A stretch of DNA of 64,000 nucleotides from Ignavibacteriota bacterium. Its GTDB lineage: Bacteria; Bacteroidota; Ignavibacteria; UBA10030; UBA6906. The notes below the pieces were generated by a model. It saw only the letters and a list, made by a program, of their open reading frames with translations. It did no database searches and had not been told where the DNA came from. This document shows, piece after piece, positions 30,868-41,523 of this stretch; the first letter of the stretch is position 1; each line of letters begins with the position of its first letter. The position numbers and the translations under genes were made by a program. Where the stretch lies: positions 640,001 through 704,000 of the forward strand of contig CAWDEM010000004.1 in the NCBI GenBank assembly GCA_963801355.1, written 5' to 3'.

Positions 30868-32868
30868 ATGACCGCTCGCTCGTCCATCGTCCGTATCCTT
30901 GCCATTGTGGCTCTCTTGCTGGTGAGCAGGCTCTTTGTTGCGGCGCAGGAGTCGAGCGATTGCCTTGCCTGTCACGACGATAAGTCTCTGGAAGGAACCA
31001 AGCAGGGTAAGACCGTTTCTATGTACGTCGACGCCAGGAAGTTTGCCGGGTCCGTGCATGGGTCCGTTCCTTGCGTTGGATGTCACAAGGATGTGGAAGG
31101 CAAGGAGCTGCCGCACGAAGACGCCTTGGCTCCCGCAGTCTGCTCTGACTGCCATGCGAAGGAAGTGCAACTGCACGCTGAGTCGTTGCACGGCAAAGCT
31201 GCAAAGCGTGGTGATCCTCTTGCTCCCCGATGCGCCGACTGTCACGGTGCTCATGCCATCGTACCAATAAAAGATGTGCGCTCTTCGGTCTCTCCTCTCA
31301 AGATTCCCTTTCTCTGCGGCAAATGCCACCAGGAAGGCGCGCCGGTGGCACGACGGCGGACTATTCACCAGGATCATATCCTGGAGAACTTCTCAGAGAG
31401 CATACACGGTGAAGGATTGTTGCGGAAGGGCCTGATCGTTTCAGCAACCTGCGCCTCATGTCATACGGCGCACTCGATACTGCCGCACACGGACCCCGCA
31501 TCCTCCATCGCGCGGAGAAATATTGCGGCAACCTGCACCAAGTGTCATGCGCAAATCGAGATGGTGCATCGCAAGGTGATCAAAGGCGAACTGTGGGAGA
31601 AGGAAGCTCATGTGCTGCCGGCGTGTGTTGACTGTCACCAGCCCCACAAGGCACGGCGTGTGTTCTACGATCAGGGAATGGCTGACAAAGACTGCATGCG
31701 CTGTCACGAACGGGCAGATCTTGTAGCCGCCAAAGATCGGCGGACCATGGCGGTAAATCCCGCGGAGCTTGCCGGATCGCGCCACGCACGCATCTCGTGC
31801 AGCCAGTGCCATGCAGGAGTCAACGTCGCCAAGGAACGTCCCTGCGAAACAATCATACTGAAGGTCGACTGCGCCTCCTGTCATGCCGAGGTCGGTCAAC
31901 AGTATGTGAAAAGCACACACGGACAACTCAACGCCAAGAACGATCCGAATGCACCGACCTGTAAGGAGTGTCACGGTACACATGGGGTGCTGGGGAAGGC
32001 ACAAGCCCGGTCTGCGACATTCCCGACCAATGTGCCCGATCTCTGTGCTCGCTGCCACCGTGAAGGGCAAAAAGCTGCGGTGCGCTACACCGGAGACCAG
32101 AAACAGATTGTCGAACGGTATCGTGAAAGCACTCACGGCAAGGGAATTGCCAAGGGTGGATTGACTGTCACAGCGATGTGCACAAGCTGTCACACCGCTC
32201 ACTCCGTCCTTCCGAGGAGCGACTCGCTCTCGAGCATTCATCCCGCCAACGTCCCCTCGACATGTGGCAAATGCCACCATGGTGTGGAAGAGCAGTTTGC
32301 CTCAAGCGTCCACGTGACCCAGCGCGGCAAAACGGACAAGACACTTCCGGTATGCGACGACTGCCACAGCGCCCATACCATTCGACGGGCGGATGAAGAG
32401 GGATTCAAGCTCACCATCATGAATCAGTGCGGTCGCTGCCATGAGTCTATCGCCAGGACGTATTTTGAAACCTACCATGGCAAAGTCTCCCAACTCGGAT
32501 ACACCAAGACAGCAAAGTGCTATGATTGCCATGGGGCACATGACATACGGGCGATTGGTGACCCGCGGTCTCGTCTCAGCCGCGACAATGTCGTAGCTAC
32601 CTGTCAACAATGCCACAGTGGCGCGAACAGACGGTTCGCGGGCTATCTGACACACGCGACGCATCATGACCCCGAGAAATATCCCTGGTTATTCTGGACA
32701 TTCTGGGGGATGACCGGACTCCTCATTGGGACGTTTGTTGTCAGCGGTGTTCACACATTGCTGTGGCTGCCGCGGGCGTTGAGCTGGAAGCGCCAGCGCG
32801 CGAAGGCGGCGCTCGAGGAACAAGCGAAGGCAACATCTGCAGAAGGCGAGACAACCGATGGCGCTTGA
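30868..32868 (+). CDS. 19-heme cytochrome c with a C-terminal membrane anchor
   Basis: Signal peptide, 19 CxxCH counted, C-terminal WLFWTFWGMTGLLIGTFVVSGVHTLLWL helix. Confidence 0.9.
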   Translation: MTARSSIVRILAIVALLLVSRLFVAAQESSDCLACHDDKSLEGTKQGKTVSMYVDARKFAGSVHGSVPCVGCHKDVEGKELPHEDALAPAVCSDCHAKEVQLHAESLHGKAAKRGDPLAPRCADCHGAHAIVPIKDVRSSVSPLKIPFLCGKCHQEGAPVARRRTIHQDHILENFSESIHGEGLLRKGLIVSATCASCHTAHSILPHTDPASSIARRNIAATCTKCHAQIEMVHRKVIKGELWEKEAHVLPACVDCHQPHKARRVFYDQGMADKDCMRCHERADLVAAKDRRTMAVNPAELAGSRHARISCSQCHAGVNVAKERPCETIILKVDCASCHAEVGQQYVKSTHGQLNAKNDPNAPTCKECHGTHGVLGKAQARSATFPTNVPDLCARCHREGQKAAVRYTGDQKQIVERYRESTHGKGIAKGGLTVTAMCTSCHTAHSVLPRSDSLSSIHPANVPSTCGKCHHGVEEQFASSVHVTQRGKTDKTLPVCDDCHSAHTIRRADEEGFKLTIMNQCGRCHESIARTYFETYHGKVSQLGYTKTAKCYDCHGAHDIRAIGDPRSRLSRDNVVATCQQCHSGANRRFAGYLTHATHHDPEKYPWLFWTFWGMTGLLIGTFVVSGVHTLLWLPRALSWKRQRAKAALEEQAKATSAEGETTDGA

Positions 32869-33712
32869 CAGCACAGAGCAGAGAAACGAACGTCAGTTCC
32901 TGCGGTTTTCGCGATTGAACAGGATCCTGCACGCTCTGATGATCGTGTGCTTCCTCAGCCTGGCACTCACAGGGATGACGCTGAAGTTTTCGTACACTGC
33001 CTGGGCGTCAATTCTGTCCCGGTTGTTCGGAGGATATGAAATCGCCGGCTATGTGCACCGCTTTGCCGCCACGGTCATGATCGGCGTCTTTGTCACGCAC
33101 TTGATTGACCTCTTTCATCGGGCAAAGAGGGAACGTGGCGGCTGGAAGGGTCTGCTCTTCGGGCCGGATACGATGTTGCCAACGCGCCGGGACCTTGATG
33201 AATCGTTCAAATCGCTCAAATGGTTCCTCGGCCTGGGAGAACGGCCGCAATTCGGCAGGTGGACCTATTGGGAAAAATTTGATTATTTTGCCGTATTCTG
33301 GGGAATGGTCGTGATCGGGTCCACGGGTCTGACCCTCTGGTTCCCCGAGGTCTTTACTGTGATTTTTCCTGGCTGGCTCATCAACGTCGCGACAATTATT
33401 CATAGCGATGAAGCATTACTGGCGACGGGATTCATTTTTACGGTCCATTTCTTTAATACCCACCTCCGCCCCGAGAAGTTTCCGATGGACCTTGTGATTT
33501 TCACGGGTCGGATGGCCGTTGAGGAGCTCAAGGAGGATAAACCGGCAGAGTACGATCGGCTCGTCAACGATGGAACGTTGGAGCAGCATCTCGTCGAATC
33601 ATATCAGCCCATCGTGATTCGCTCTATCCGTGTCTTCGCGTGGCTTGCGTTGGGCATCGGGTTCAGCATGGTCGTGTGGATCATTTACGCGATGCTGTTC
33701 GCGTACCAATGA
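32858..33712 (+). CDS. FdnI/CbcB-type diheme cytochrome b
   Basis: [32 protein letters not shown]; overlaps the upstream cytochrome gene. Confidence 0.88.
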   Translation: MALDSTEQRNERQFLRFSRLNRILHALMIVCFLSLALTGMTLKFSYTAWASILSRLFGGYEIAGYVHRFAATVMIGVFVTHLIDLFHRAKRERGGWKGLLFGPDTMLPTRRDLDESFKSLKWFLGLGERPQFGRWTYWEKFDYFAVFWGMVVIGSTGLTLWFPEVFTVIFPGWLINVATIIHSDEALLATGFIFTVHFFNTHLRPEKFPMDLVIFTGRMAVEELKEDKPAEYDRLVNDGTLEQHLVESYQPIVIRSIRVFAWLALGIGFSMVVWIIYAMLFAYQ

Positions 33713-33755
33713 TCCGGCCAGCACTGTTGTTTCACCACCGCTGTCAGGCAGTATC

Positions 33756-35249
33756 ATGAAAAGGATCTTCCCTGCATCGTTCTACAATCTTGTATCGCTC
33801 ATTGGTTTTGCGATTGCCGGTGTCAGCCTCGGACTCATCTTCTTCCTCATGCTGCTCGAGGTCATGTCGGGGACCCCGAAACCCTACATGGGAATCCTTG
33901 CCTTCGTGGTGCTGCCGGCGATTCTTCTCCTCGGCCTCATTATTGCCATTGTCGGGATATTCCGTGCACATCGGGATGCCCGCAAGGGACACCCGCACGG
34001 GATGCACCTGCCCCGCATCGACCTGAACAATCCACATCACAGATCGGCTTTCGTTGCCGTGTCGTTCGGGGCCATACTTCTGCTGCTCCTGTCGGCATTC
34101 GGCAGCTTCAAGGCGTACGAACATACGGATTCGGATCAATTCTGCGGGGAAACATGTCACCAGGTCATGGAACCGGAGTATACCGCATACCAGTATTCCC
34201 CGCATGCCCGAGTCGGCTGCGTAAAATGTCATATCGGCTCGGGTGCTGACTGGTTTGTCCGATCGAAACTCTCCGGGACATACCAGCTGTACGCTACAAC
34301 ATTCAACAAGTATCCCCGCCCGATTCCGACGCCCATCGAAAACCTGCGTCCGGCTCAGGAAACTTGTGAACAGTGTCACTGGCCGAAACACTTCTTCAGC
34401 GAGAAGCTGATGAAGAATACCTACTTTCTTTCAGATGACCAGAATACGACATGGTCGATTGATCTTCTGATCAAGATCGGCGGCGGGAATTCAGAGGCCG
34501 GGCCGACTTCGGGCATCCACTGGCACATGAATATCGCAAATGAGCTGACCTATCTCCCGGCGGATTCGTCCCGTCAGACAATTCCCTGGATCCGTTCACG
34601 GGGTCCGGATGGGAAGGTGGTAATCTATAAGAGCACTGAGAGCACGCTCACTGATGAGGAGATGCGGAACGCCAAAACCCGACGAATGGATTGTATCGAC
34701 TGTCACAATCGTCCCACCCATATCTACCATCCGCCGGCCCGGTCTGTGAATCGTGTGATGGCGATGGGGTGGATTGACCCGACCCTTCCTGGAGTGAAGG
34801 GGCTCGCGGTGAACGCGCTTGAAAATCCCTACGCGTTAAGGCAGGGGGCGCTGGACAGCATCAAACTGACCATTGAGGATTACTATCGCACCACGTATCC
34901 AGACCTGGCTGTCGCCAAGAAGAAACAAATCGACAGTGCAGTCGCCGAGGTCCAGAAGATTTACAGCCGCAATTATTTTCCTGAGATGCGTGTAAATTGG
35001 AAATTCTTCCCGAACAATATCGGACATTTGTACTACCCTGGCTGTTTCCGCTGTCACGATGGGAAGCATGTGTCGGAGGACGGGAAAGTGCTGTCGCGAG
35101 ACTGCAACGTCTGTCACACGATTCTTGCCCAGCAGTTCCAGCAGGATACCGCGCGGGTCTCGCTGACCGGCATCGAGTATCGGCATCCGACGGACATCGG
35201 AGACGCATGGAAAGAGACAAATTGCAGCGATTGTCATAATCAGCAATGA
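33756..35249 (+). CDS. ImcH-like NapC/NirT-family inner-membrane 7-heme cytochrome
   Basis: Three N-terminal TM helices, FCGETCH (CX3CH) plus 6 CxxCH, WFVRSKLSG..YPRPIPTP; this architecture matches Geobacter ImcH. Confidence 0.8.
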   Translation: MKRIFPASFYNLVSLIGFAIAGVSLGLIFFLMLLEVMSGTPKPYMGILAFVVLPAILLLGLIIAIVGIFRAHRDARKGHPHGMHLPRIDLNNPHHRSAFVAVSFGAILLLLLSAFGSFKAYEHTDSDQFCGETCHQVMEPEYTAYQYSPHARVGCVKCHIGSGADWFVRSKLSGTYQLYATTFNKYPRPIPTPIENLRPAQETCEQCHWPKHFFSEKLMKNTYFLSDDQNTTWSIDLLIKIGGGNSEAGPTSGIHWHMNIANELTYLPADSSRQTIPWIRSRGPDGKVVIYKSTESTLTDEEMRNAKTRRMDCIDCHNRPTHIYHPPARSVNRVMAMGWIDPTLPGVKGLAVNALENPYALRQGALDSIKLTIEDYYRTTYPDLAVAKKKQIDSAVAEVQKIYSRNYFPEMRVNWKFFPNNIGHLYYPGCFRCHDGKHVSEDGKVLSRDCNVCHTILAQQFQQDTARVSLTGIEYRHPTDIGDAWKETNCSDCHNQQ

Positions 35250-35302
35250 ACAGTCGCACACGATCTGGCGATCCACTCCATGAACCTCCCCAGAGAACTG
35301 TC

Positions 35303-35752
35303 ATGAACGAGATCGATACGAATCATCAAGGGAAAAGGGATTTTCTTAAATACCTGCTCGGGGGGGGGCTGGTTGCCTGGACCGTTTCGGTGCTGTATCC
35401 TCTGTTTGCGTACATGCGGCCACCCGTGCAGGCGGAAGTGGAAGTCAGCAGTGTCAATGCAGGAAAGCTGAGCACATTTGAGAAAGACAGCGGGGCCATC
35501 ATCCGCTTCGGCAACAAACCGGTGATTTTGATCCGGTCGTCTGCCGGAGAACTCCGCGCCTTTTCTGCGACCTGCACCCATCTCGATTGCACGGTGCAAT
35601 ACCGGAAGGACTTGGGGGTGATATGGTGTGCATGCCACAATGGGAAATATGACTTGAACGGTTCCAATATTGCGGGTCCGCCGCCCCGGCCGCTGGATGA
35701 GTACAGAGTAGTCGTTCGGGGGGATGATATCCTCATCTCAAAGAAAACATGA
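35303..35752 (+). CDS. Rieske 2Fe-2S protein
   Basis: Tat-like KRDFLK plus TM helix, CTHLDC and CACHNG boxes, GPPPRPL. Confidence 0.92.
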   Translation: MNEIDTNHQGKRDFLKYLLGGGLVAWTVSVLYPLFAYMRPPVQAEVEVSSVNAGKLSTFEKDSGAIIRFGNKPVILIRSSAGELRAFSATCTHLDCTVQYRKDLGVIWCACHNGKYDLNGSNIAGPPPRPLDEYRVVVRGDDILISKKT

Positions 35753-36828
35753 AGACGATCTGGAACAGACTCTACACATGGATAGATGAACGGGTACAGC
35801 TCGACGACCTGATAGCGTTTATGGCGAAGAAGTACGTGCCCGTTCATCGCGGCTCGATCTGGTACTATTTCGGAGGCGTGTCGCTCTTTCTGTTCATTAT
35901 TCAGGTCGTGACAGGCATCCTTCTTCTCCTGTACTATAAAGGAAGCGAATCGCTGGCGTTCGAAAGCATTCAGTTTATCATGTCAAAGGTGAGCTTTGGC
36001 TGGCTGATCCGATCCATCCATAGCTGGACGGCGAACCTGTTTATTCTTGCGGCGCTCATCCACATGTTCAGTGTCTTCTTTGAGCGGGCGTACCGGCGCC
36101 CCCGTGAGCTTACGTGGTTTACCGGCATGGTGATGCTTTTTGTCGGGCTCGGGTTTGGCTTCAGTGGCTATCTGCTTCCCTGGAATGAGCTGGCTTTTTT
36201 TGCGACGAAAGTGGGAACCGATATCGCCGGTGTGATCCCCGTCGTCGGCAAACCGATAATGATCTTCCTCCGGGGCGGACCCGACGTCACAGGCGCGACG
36301 CTCTCACGATTCTTCGGTTTTCATATTGCGGTGCTGCCGGGAATTTTCACCGTATGCCTGGCCGTTCACCTCCTGCTGGTCCAACGTCAGGGCATGAGTC
36401 AGCCGCAGGAGTTCGAATCGAAGCCTGACGAAAACCCGAAGACCATGCCGTTCTTCCCAAACTTCCTCCTTCGCGACCTCCTGTTTTGGCTGATCATTCT
36501 CAATATCCTGGCTATGCTGGCGGTGTTCTTCCCGTGGGAGCTCGGAAGGAAGGCAGATCCGTTCGCGTCTGCTCCCGCCGGCATAAGGCCGGAATGGTAT
36601 TTTCTCTTCATGTTCCAGTCGCTGAAGTATATCCCTGCACGACTCTGGTTTATTGACGGTGAGGTGTTTGGAGTTCTCGCATTCGGAGCAGCGGGTCTGC
36701 TCTGGCTCCTGGTACCGGTCTGGGACCGCAAGAGCTCCCGGGGGGAACGAAACCGGCTGATCACCTACGTAGGGTTGTTTGTGGTGATCTACATTGTTAT
36801 CTTTACACTACTGGGGTGGTTCCTGTGA
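35749..36828 (+). CDS. Cytochrome b of a Rieske/cytochrome b complex (b6 and subunit IV fused)
   Basis: WLIRSIH..IH, GYLLPW, FHI..VH, PFFP, RPEWYF. Confidence 0.93.
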   Translation: MKTIWNRLYTWIDERVQLDDLIAFMAKKYVPVHRGSIWYYFGGVSLFLFIIQVVTGILLLLYYKGSESLAFESIQFIMSKVSFGWLIRSIHSWTANLFILAALIHMFSVFFERAYRRPRELTWFTGMVMLFVGLGFGFSGYLLPWNELAFFATKVGTDIAGVIPVVGKPIMIFLRGGPDVTGATLSRFFGFHIAVLPGIFTVCLAVHLLLVQRQGMSQPQEFESKPDENPKTMPFFPNFLLRDLLFWLIILNILAMLAVFFPWELGRKADPFASAPAGIRPEWYFLFMFQSLKYIPARLWFIDGEVFGVLAFGAAGLLWLLVPVWDRKSSRGERNRLITYVGLFVVIYIVIFTLLGWFL

Positions 36829-38327
36829 GTACGAACCTCATGCGACCCGTCGTGTGCGCGGCGGTGGTCTGCGTCGGTCTTTGTGTGACCACAGCTCTGG
36901 CTGCAGACAAATGTCTGCTCTGTCATGGCGCTGTGGGGGACAAGCCGTCGTCGCTCTATAAGCGAGATATTCATCATCTGAAAAGCATCAGTTGTGCAGG
37001 ATGCCATGGAGGCGACTCCTCCACAGATGATATGGAGAAGGCGATGGATCGCGGGGCAGGATTCATCGGTGTTCCCCAGGGTGATGATATTTCGGCGGTG
37101 TGTGCCCGGTGCCACTCCGAGGCGGCACGGATGGAAGGGTTTCGCTCTAAGCTTCCCACCGACCAGTATGTTCTTTTACAGTCAAGTGTGCACGGCAAGT
37201 TGTCGATCAGCGGGAAAGCACGCATCGTCCAATGCACGACGTGCCACAATGCACACGGCATTGCACGAGTCACTGATCCCGCCTCACCGGTCTATCCGCT
37301 CAACGCAGTAACTACATGTTCCCGTTGTCATGGCGACGCGGGATTTATGCGGGCGTACAACCCATCGTTGCCGGTCGACCAGAGGGAAAAATATCGCACG
37401 AGCGTCCACGGGGCCAAGAATGCCGCCGGTGATGCCAAGACTGCGGAATGTGTGAGTTGCCATGGGAGTCACGATATCCTTTCGGTCAAGGATGTCAAGT
37501 CGAAAGTGTATCCGACGAATATTCCTGCGACCTGCGCCTCGTGCCACAGCAACGCGAGCTATATGAAAGGGTATGCCGTCCCGACCGACCAATTCGAGAA
37601 GTATGCGAAGGGCGTACACGGCGTGGCGCTGCTCGAAAAGCGCGATCTCGGCGCACCCGCGTGCAACAGCTGCCACGGAAATCACGGGGCTACTCCTCCG
37701 GGAGTGGAATCGATCTCGAAGGTGTGCGGCACATGTCACGCGCTGAACGCCGACCTGTTCTCGTCGAGCCCTCACAAGAAGGGTTTCGACGAAATGGGAA
37801 TGCCGGAGTGCGAAACATGCCATGGGAACCATGAGGTTGTAGCCGCAGGGGATGTTCTGCTGGGAACTTCTCCAGGGACTACGTGCAGCCGCTGCCACAG
37901 CCGGCAGGAGCGGGAGAAAGGCTATATCGCAGCGGGTAACATGCGGATCGTGATGGATAGTCTGGAGCGTGCCGAAGACCGGGCACGGAGCCTTGTGGAT
38001 GAAGCGGAGCAAAAAGGCATGGAGATCGGCGAGGCGAAATTCAAGCTTCGTGACATCCGGCAGGCGCGGTTGGAAACACGAACGATGGTCCATGCCTTCA
38101 ATGAAGAAAAATTCCGGGAGACGGCGGTGAAGGGGTTTGCCGTGGCCACGGTCGTCATCGGCGACGCAGAACATGCCGTCGACGAATACTTTTTCCGGCG
38201 CATCGGACTCGGAGCAGCAACGCTGATCATTACCATCCTTGCTGTTTCCCTCTACCTGTATATTCGAAGGATTGAGCGAAGCCAGCGACACGCTGAAGCA
38301 ACACGTCAACAACCACGATCACATTAA
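36825..38327 (+). CDS. 11-heme membrane-anchored cytochrome c (probable acceptor subunit of the Rieske/b complex)
   Basis: Signal peptide, 11 CxxCH, helical stalk, C-terminal TM helix; start is GTG 36825 or ATG 36840. Confidence 0.88.
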   Translation: MSTNLMRPVVCAAVVCVGLCVTTALAADKCLLCHGAVGDKPSSLYKRDIHHLKSISCAGCHGGDSSTDDMEKAMDRGAGFIGVPQGDDISAVCARCHSEAARMEGFRSKLPTDQYVLLQSSVHGKLSISGKARIVQCTTCHNAHGIARVTDPASPVYPLNAVTTCSRCHGDAGFMRAYNPSLPVDQREKYRTSVHGAKNAAGDAKTAECVSCHGSHDILSVKDVKSKVYPTNIPATCASCHSNASYMKGYAVPTDQFEKYAKGVHGVALLEKRDLGAPACNSCHGNHGATPPGVESISKVCGTCHALNADLFSSSPHKKGFDEMGMPECETCHGNHEVVAAGDVLLGTSPGTTCSRCHSRQEREKGYIAAGNMRIVMDSLERAEDRARSLVDEAEQKGMEIGEAKFKLRDIRQARLETRTMVHAFNEEKFRETAVKGFAVATVVIGDAEHAVDEYFFRRIGLGAATLIITILAVSLYLYIRRIERSQRHAEATRQQPRSH

Positions 38328-38345
38328 CCTTCAAGGAGAAACAGT

Positions 38346-38882
38346 ATGCGGTATCTACGCATGTTGAGTGGAGTTCTGGTGTTCGCGATCGTCCTCGCGT
38401 TCACGGGCATTGCAGAGAACAAGTACGTTGGGACGAAATCGTGCGCTATGTGCCACAAAGCAAAGGACAAAGGAGAAACCTTTGTGATCTGGCAGAAGAG
38501 CGCCCATGCGAATGCGTTCAAGACGCTTGAATCGGAGGCAGCCAAGAAAATCGCCAAGGAGAAAGGCATTGAGAAACTTCCTACAGAAGCCCCCGAATGC
38601 CTCTCGTGTCATGTGACCGGCGGCGGCACGGCAAAAAATGTCGAAGCCACTTTTAGTGTGAAGGAAGGTGTCACCTGCGAGGCATGCCACGGTCCGGCGT
38701 CCGGGTTCAAGATGATCCACAACAAGCCCGAGAACAAGGCGAAAGCAGTTCAGGCCGGCCTGATCATCGGCGACAAAGCGAAGACGTGCGAAACCTGTCA
38801 CAACGCGAAGAGCCCGACCTTCAAGGGATTCAAGATGGAGGAGATGTGGGCGAAGATCGAGCACAAACTACCGAAGAAATAG
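38346..38882 (+). CDS. Periplasmic tetraheme cytochrome c (c554-like)
   Basis: Signal peptide, YVG..SCAMCH, W..SAH, CLSCH, GVTCEACHGP, CETCH; very Lys-rich; AAGGAG RBS. Confidence 0.87.
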   Translation: MRYLRMLSGVLVFAIVLAFTGIAENKYVGTKSCAMCHKAKDKGETFVIWQKSAHANAFKTLESEAAKKIAKEKGIEKLPTEAPECLSCHVTGGGTAKNVEATFSVKEGVTCEACHGPASGFKMIHNKPENKAKAVQAGLIIGDKAKTCETCHNAKSPTFKGFKMEEMWAKIEHKLPKK

Positions 38883-38988
38883 CGGTCCGGGGTTGAAGGG
38901 AACCACAGGGCCGCCACACGGCGGCCCGGGATCCCTGTGCGGGGAGCACCTCCTCATTGCCATAAGGCGGTCTTGAAAGGGAATTGGT

Positions 38989-40302
38989 ATGAATGGAATA
39001 CGCCTTCTCAGTCTCATCATGCTGGTGGTCTTCAGCGTGGCGATGGCAACCGCCCAACTGGTGACGGGACGCCTGGCGACATCGTTCTATGCCTGGGAAC
39101 AATTCGACACCGTCGGGACATCGCACCAATCGGTGCGTGCGTTCCAGGCCGTCCAGCTGTCGGCCGCCCAGGGTGATGTCGCCCTGCACACATCGCTCCT
39201 GGGGACGACAAATGTCGTGGGCGAGTTCGGTGACGCGGGAAGGGTGCGCCTCTTCAATCTGTATGTGAGCTGGCTGAACATCGGCAAGAGCGTGGACCTG
39301 CATCTCGGCCGCCAGCTGGTGTTCGCGGGAGTCGGCAACGGTTCCATCGACGGGCTCGTGGCGCAGGCCTATTTCCTCAACCGCGGGATCCGCGTGACGG
39401 GCTTCGGCGGGGCAACCGTGTCGCCCGAGTTCGCCGGTGTGAGGAAGAACATGCACGAGAACTACCATGTTGGCGCACAGATTGTCACTACGATGATCCC
39501 CGACGCCCGCATCGGCATCAGCTATGCCAACCGCCGGGAAGAGCGTGATCCCTACATGGCGCTCCGCACGCGCGATACATCCTTTACTCCTGTGTCGTAC
39601 CTGGTCATGCATGACGCCGACGCCGAAGAACTGGGGAGTGCCGACGCTTCCTACACGTTCCGCGACCGGTTGTCGGTGTACGGACGGTACGACTACGATT
39701 TCAAGAATGTGCGGACCTCCCGGGCACAGGGCGGCGTACGCGTCAACGTCACCAGTGACCTTGCCGTCACCGGTGACTATATCCACCGTCTTCCGCGCAT
39801 CTCCTTCAATTCCATCTTCTCGGCATTCGTCACGAATGCGGTGGATGAGATTGAAGGCGGGGTGGACTACGGCTTTACGCCGATGCTTCGCGCCTTCGGC
39901 CGCCTGGCACATGTCTCCTACGCGGAAGATGAACAGAGCACGCGGTGGACCCTCGGTGTGAACAGCGCCTACGGGAGTGCAAGTTATTCCGGCAGTGACG
40001 GCTATGCGGGAGAGCTGCAGTCGGTCAGTCTGCAGGGCACGTATCCGTTCTGGGGAAAGACTGTCGTGCCGATGGCCGGTGTCTCGTACGCATCGTACCG
40101 CTTGAGCAGGGAAAGCGAGCGTGAGAGTGCGTTCGGCGTTCTGGCCGGGGCCATCGTGCGACCCGCCCCTTCATTCTCGCTGGATGTGCAGGGGCAATGG
40201 CTGAACAACACCTTGATGCGGCGCGATCTGCGCGTGCAGGTGAAACTCATGTACTGGTTTGCAGAGCGGCTTTCACTCTTCAACGGGGAGGGCACACGAT
40301 GA
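38989..40302 (+). CDS. Outer-membrane beta-barrel (putative porin of a porin-cytochrome conduit)
   Basis: Signal peptide, no Cys, alternating amphipathic strands rich in Y/F/G (LHLGRQ, YGRYDYDF); flanked by multiheme genes. Confidence 0.75.
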   Translation: MNGIRLLSLIMLVVFSVAMATAQLVTGRLATSFYAWEQFDTVGTSHQSVRAFQAVQLSAAQGDVALHTSLLGTTNVVGEFGDAGRVRLFNLYVSWLNIGKSVDLHLGRQLVFAGVGNGSIDGLVAQAYFLNRGIRVTGFGGATVSPEFAGVRKNMHENYHVGAQIVTTMIPDARIGISYANRREERDPYMALRTRDTSFTPVSYLVMHDADAEELGSADASYTFRDRLSVYGRYDYDFKNVRTSRAQGGVRVNVTSDLAVTGDYIHRLPRISFNSIFSAFVTNAVDEIEGGVDYGFTPMLRAFGRLAHVSYAEDEQSTRWTLGVNSAYGSASYSGSDGYAGELQSVSLQGTYPFWGKTVVPMAGVSYASYRLSRESERESAFGVLAGAIVRPAPSFSLDVQGQWLNNTLMRRDLRVQVKLMYWFAERLSLFNGEGTR

Positions 40303-41507
40303 ACCGGCGCTCGTCTATCGTTCTGGTGGTTGCGGCCGGCCTGCTCGTGACGGCGGCCCTCGCGGTTCGCCCGGCGGCACAGATCGGGTGGCCCCGGCTT
40401 GATGACAGCACGCACATGAAATTCTCACACAAAACGCACATCGAAGGCGCGGGTGTCGGTTGCGAGACGTGTCATCCCAACGCATCCACCAGCAAACTCT
40501 CCGCCGACAATCTCCGCAGTGTGCACGACAACTGCATGTCCTGCCATGAGGAACAGATCAACAATCAGTGTGATTTCTGCCACGTTGATCCGGACAACGT
40601 ACAGGCGGCCCCTGGGCAGGTGCGTGAGATCCAGTTCTCGCACGTCCAGCATGTGGGTATGCCCGGCGTGCAATGTACGACATGCCATGCGGGGCTGAAT
40701 GAAGCCGATTTTGCAGGTCCGGAACATATGCCTGCGATGGCTGTCTGCGCGACGTGTCACAATGATAGGAAAGCCAGCAACGCGTGCGAATCCTGTCACA
40801 CACAGCTGACAGGTCTGATACCTCCGGATCACCTTGTGGCGGGGTTCAAGAGGAATCACAAGAACCTGACCCGTCTGAGTGGCATGGAGACCAATTGCAG
40901 TACCTGTCATACACAGAATTTCTGCGGCGAATGCCACACGCCGGGTGCGGTGATGCAGTTCGGGAACGGTCCGCTGATGAGCGATCCCAATCCGCGTGTC
41001 TTTCCCGGAACGTCGGTACCGCAAACGACGCTGCAGCGCGCTCACGATATGAACTATCGCTTCACCCATGGTATCGACGCAAAGTCAAAATCGTCGGAAT
41101 GCTACACCTGCCATGCGGCACAGGAGTTTTGCGGTGAATGCCACGCGGCGGGAGACAATATCACATCGTATTCCTTCAAACCATCGTGGCACCTTGGTGC
41201 CGGTTTCACGACGCTCGGCGTCGGGAGCGGCGGGGGCCGTCATGCCCAACTCGCCCGGCGCGACATCGAGTCCTGCGTGAACTGCCATGATACACAGGGC
41301 AATGACCCGATCTGCATTACCTGTCACGCCGATGGCGATGGTTTCAAAAATACGGATCCCCGGACACATCAGGCGGGGTACATGCGAGGGGAACACGGTG
41401 CATGGCACGTCAATAGCGGCGCCACGTGCTATAATTGTCACACAGACCTCAATGCGCGTCCTGACGGGGTCAAAGGCAGAAACTTCTGCGGCTATTGCCA
41501 CGGCTAA
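40299..41507 (+). CDS. 14-heme periplasmic cytochrome c (c3/c7-like modules)
   Basis: ATG overlaps the porin stop, signal peptide, FSH..H...CxxCH modules, 14 CxxCH. Confidence 0.9.
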   Translation: MNRRSSIVLVVAAGLLVTAALAVRPAAQIGWPRLDDSTHMKFSHKTHIEGAGVGCETCHPNASTSKLSADNLRSVHDNCMSCHEEQINNQCDFCHVDPDNVQAAPGQVREIQFSHVQHVGMPGVQCTTCHAGLNEADFAGPEHMPAMAVCATCHNDRKASNACESCHTQLTGLIPPDHLVAGFKRNHKNLTRLSGMETNCSTCHTQNFCGECHTPGAVMQFGNGPLMSDPNPRVFPGTSVPQTTLQRAHDMNYRFTHGIDAKSKSSECYTCHAAQEFCGECHAAGDNITSYSFKPSWHLGAGFTTLGVGSGGGRHAQLARRDIESCVNCHDTQGNDPICITCHADGDGFKNTDPRTHQAGYMRGEHGAWHVNSGATCYNCHTDLNARPDGVKGRNFCGYCHG

Positions 41508-41523
41508 GGAGGATGGAATATCC

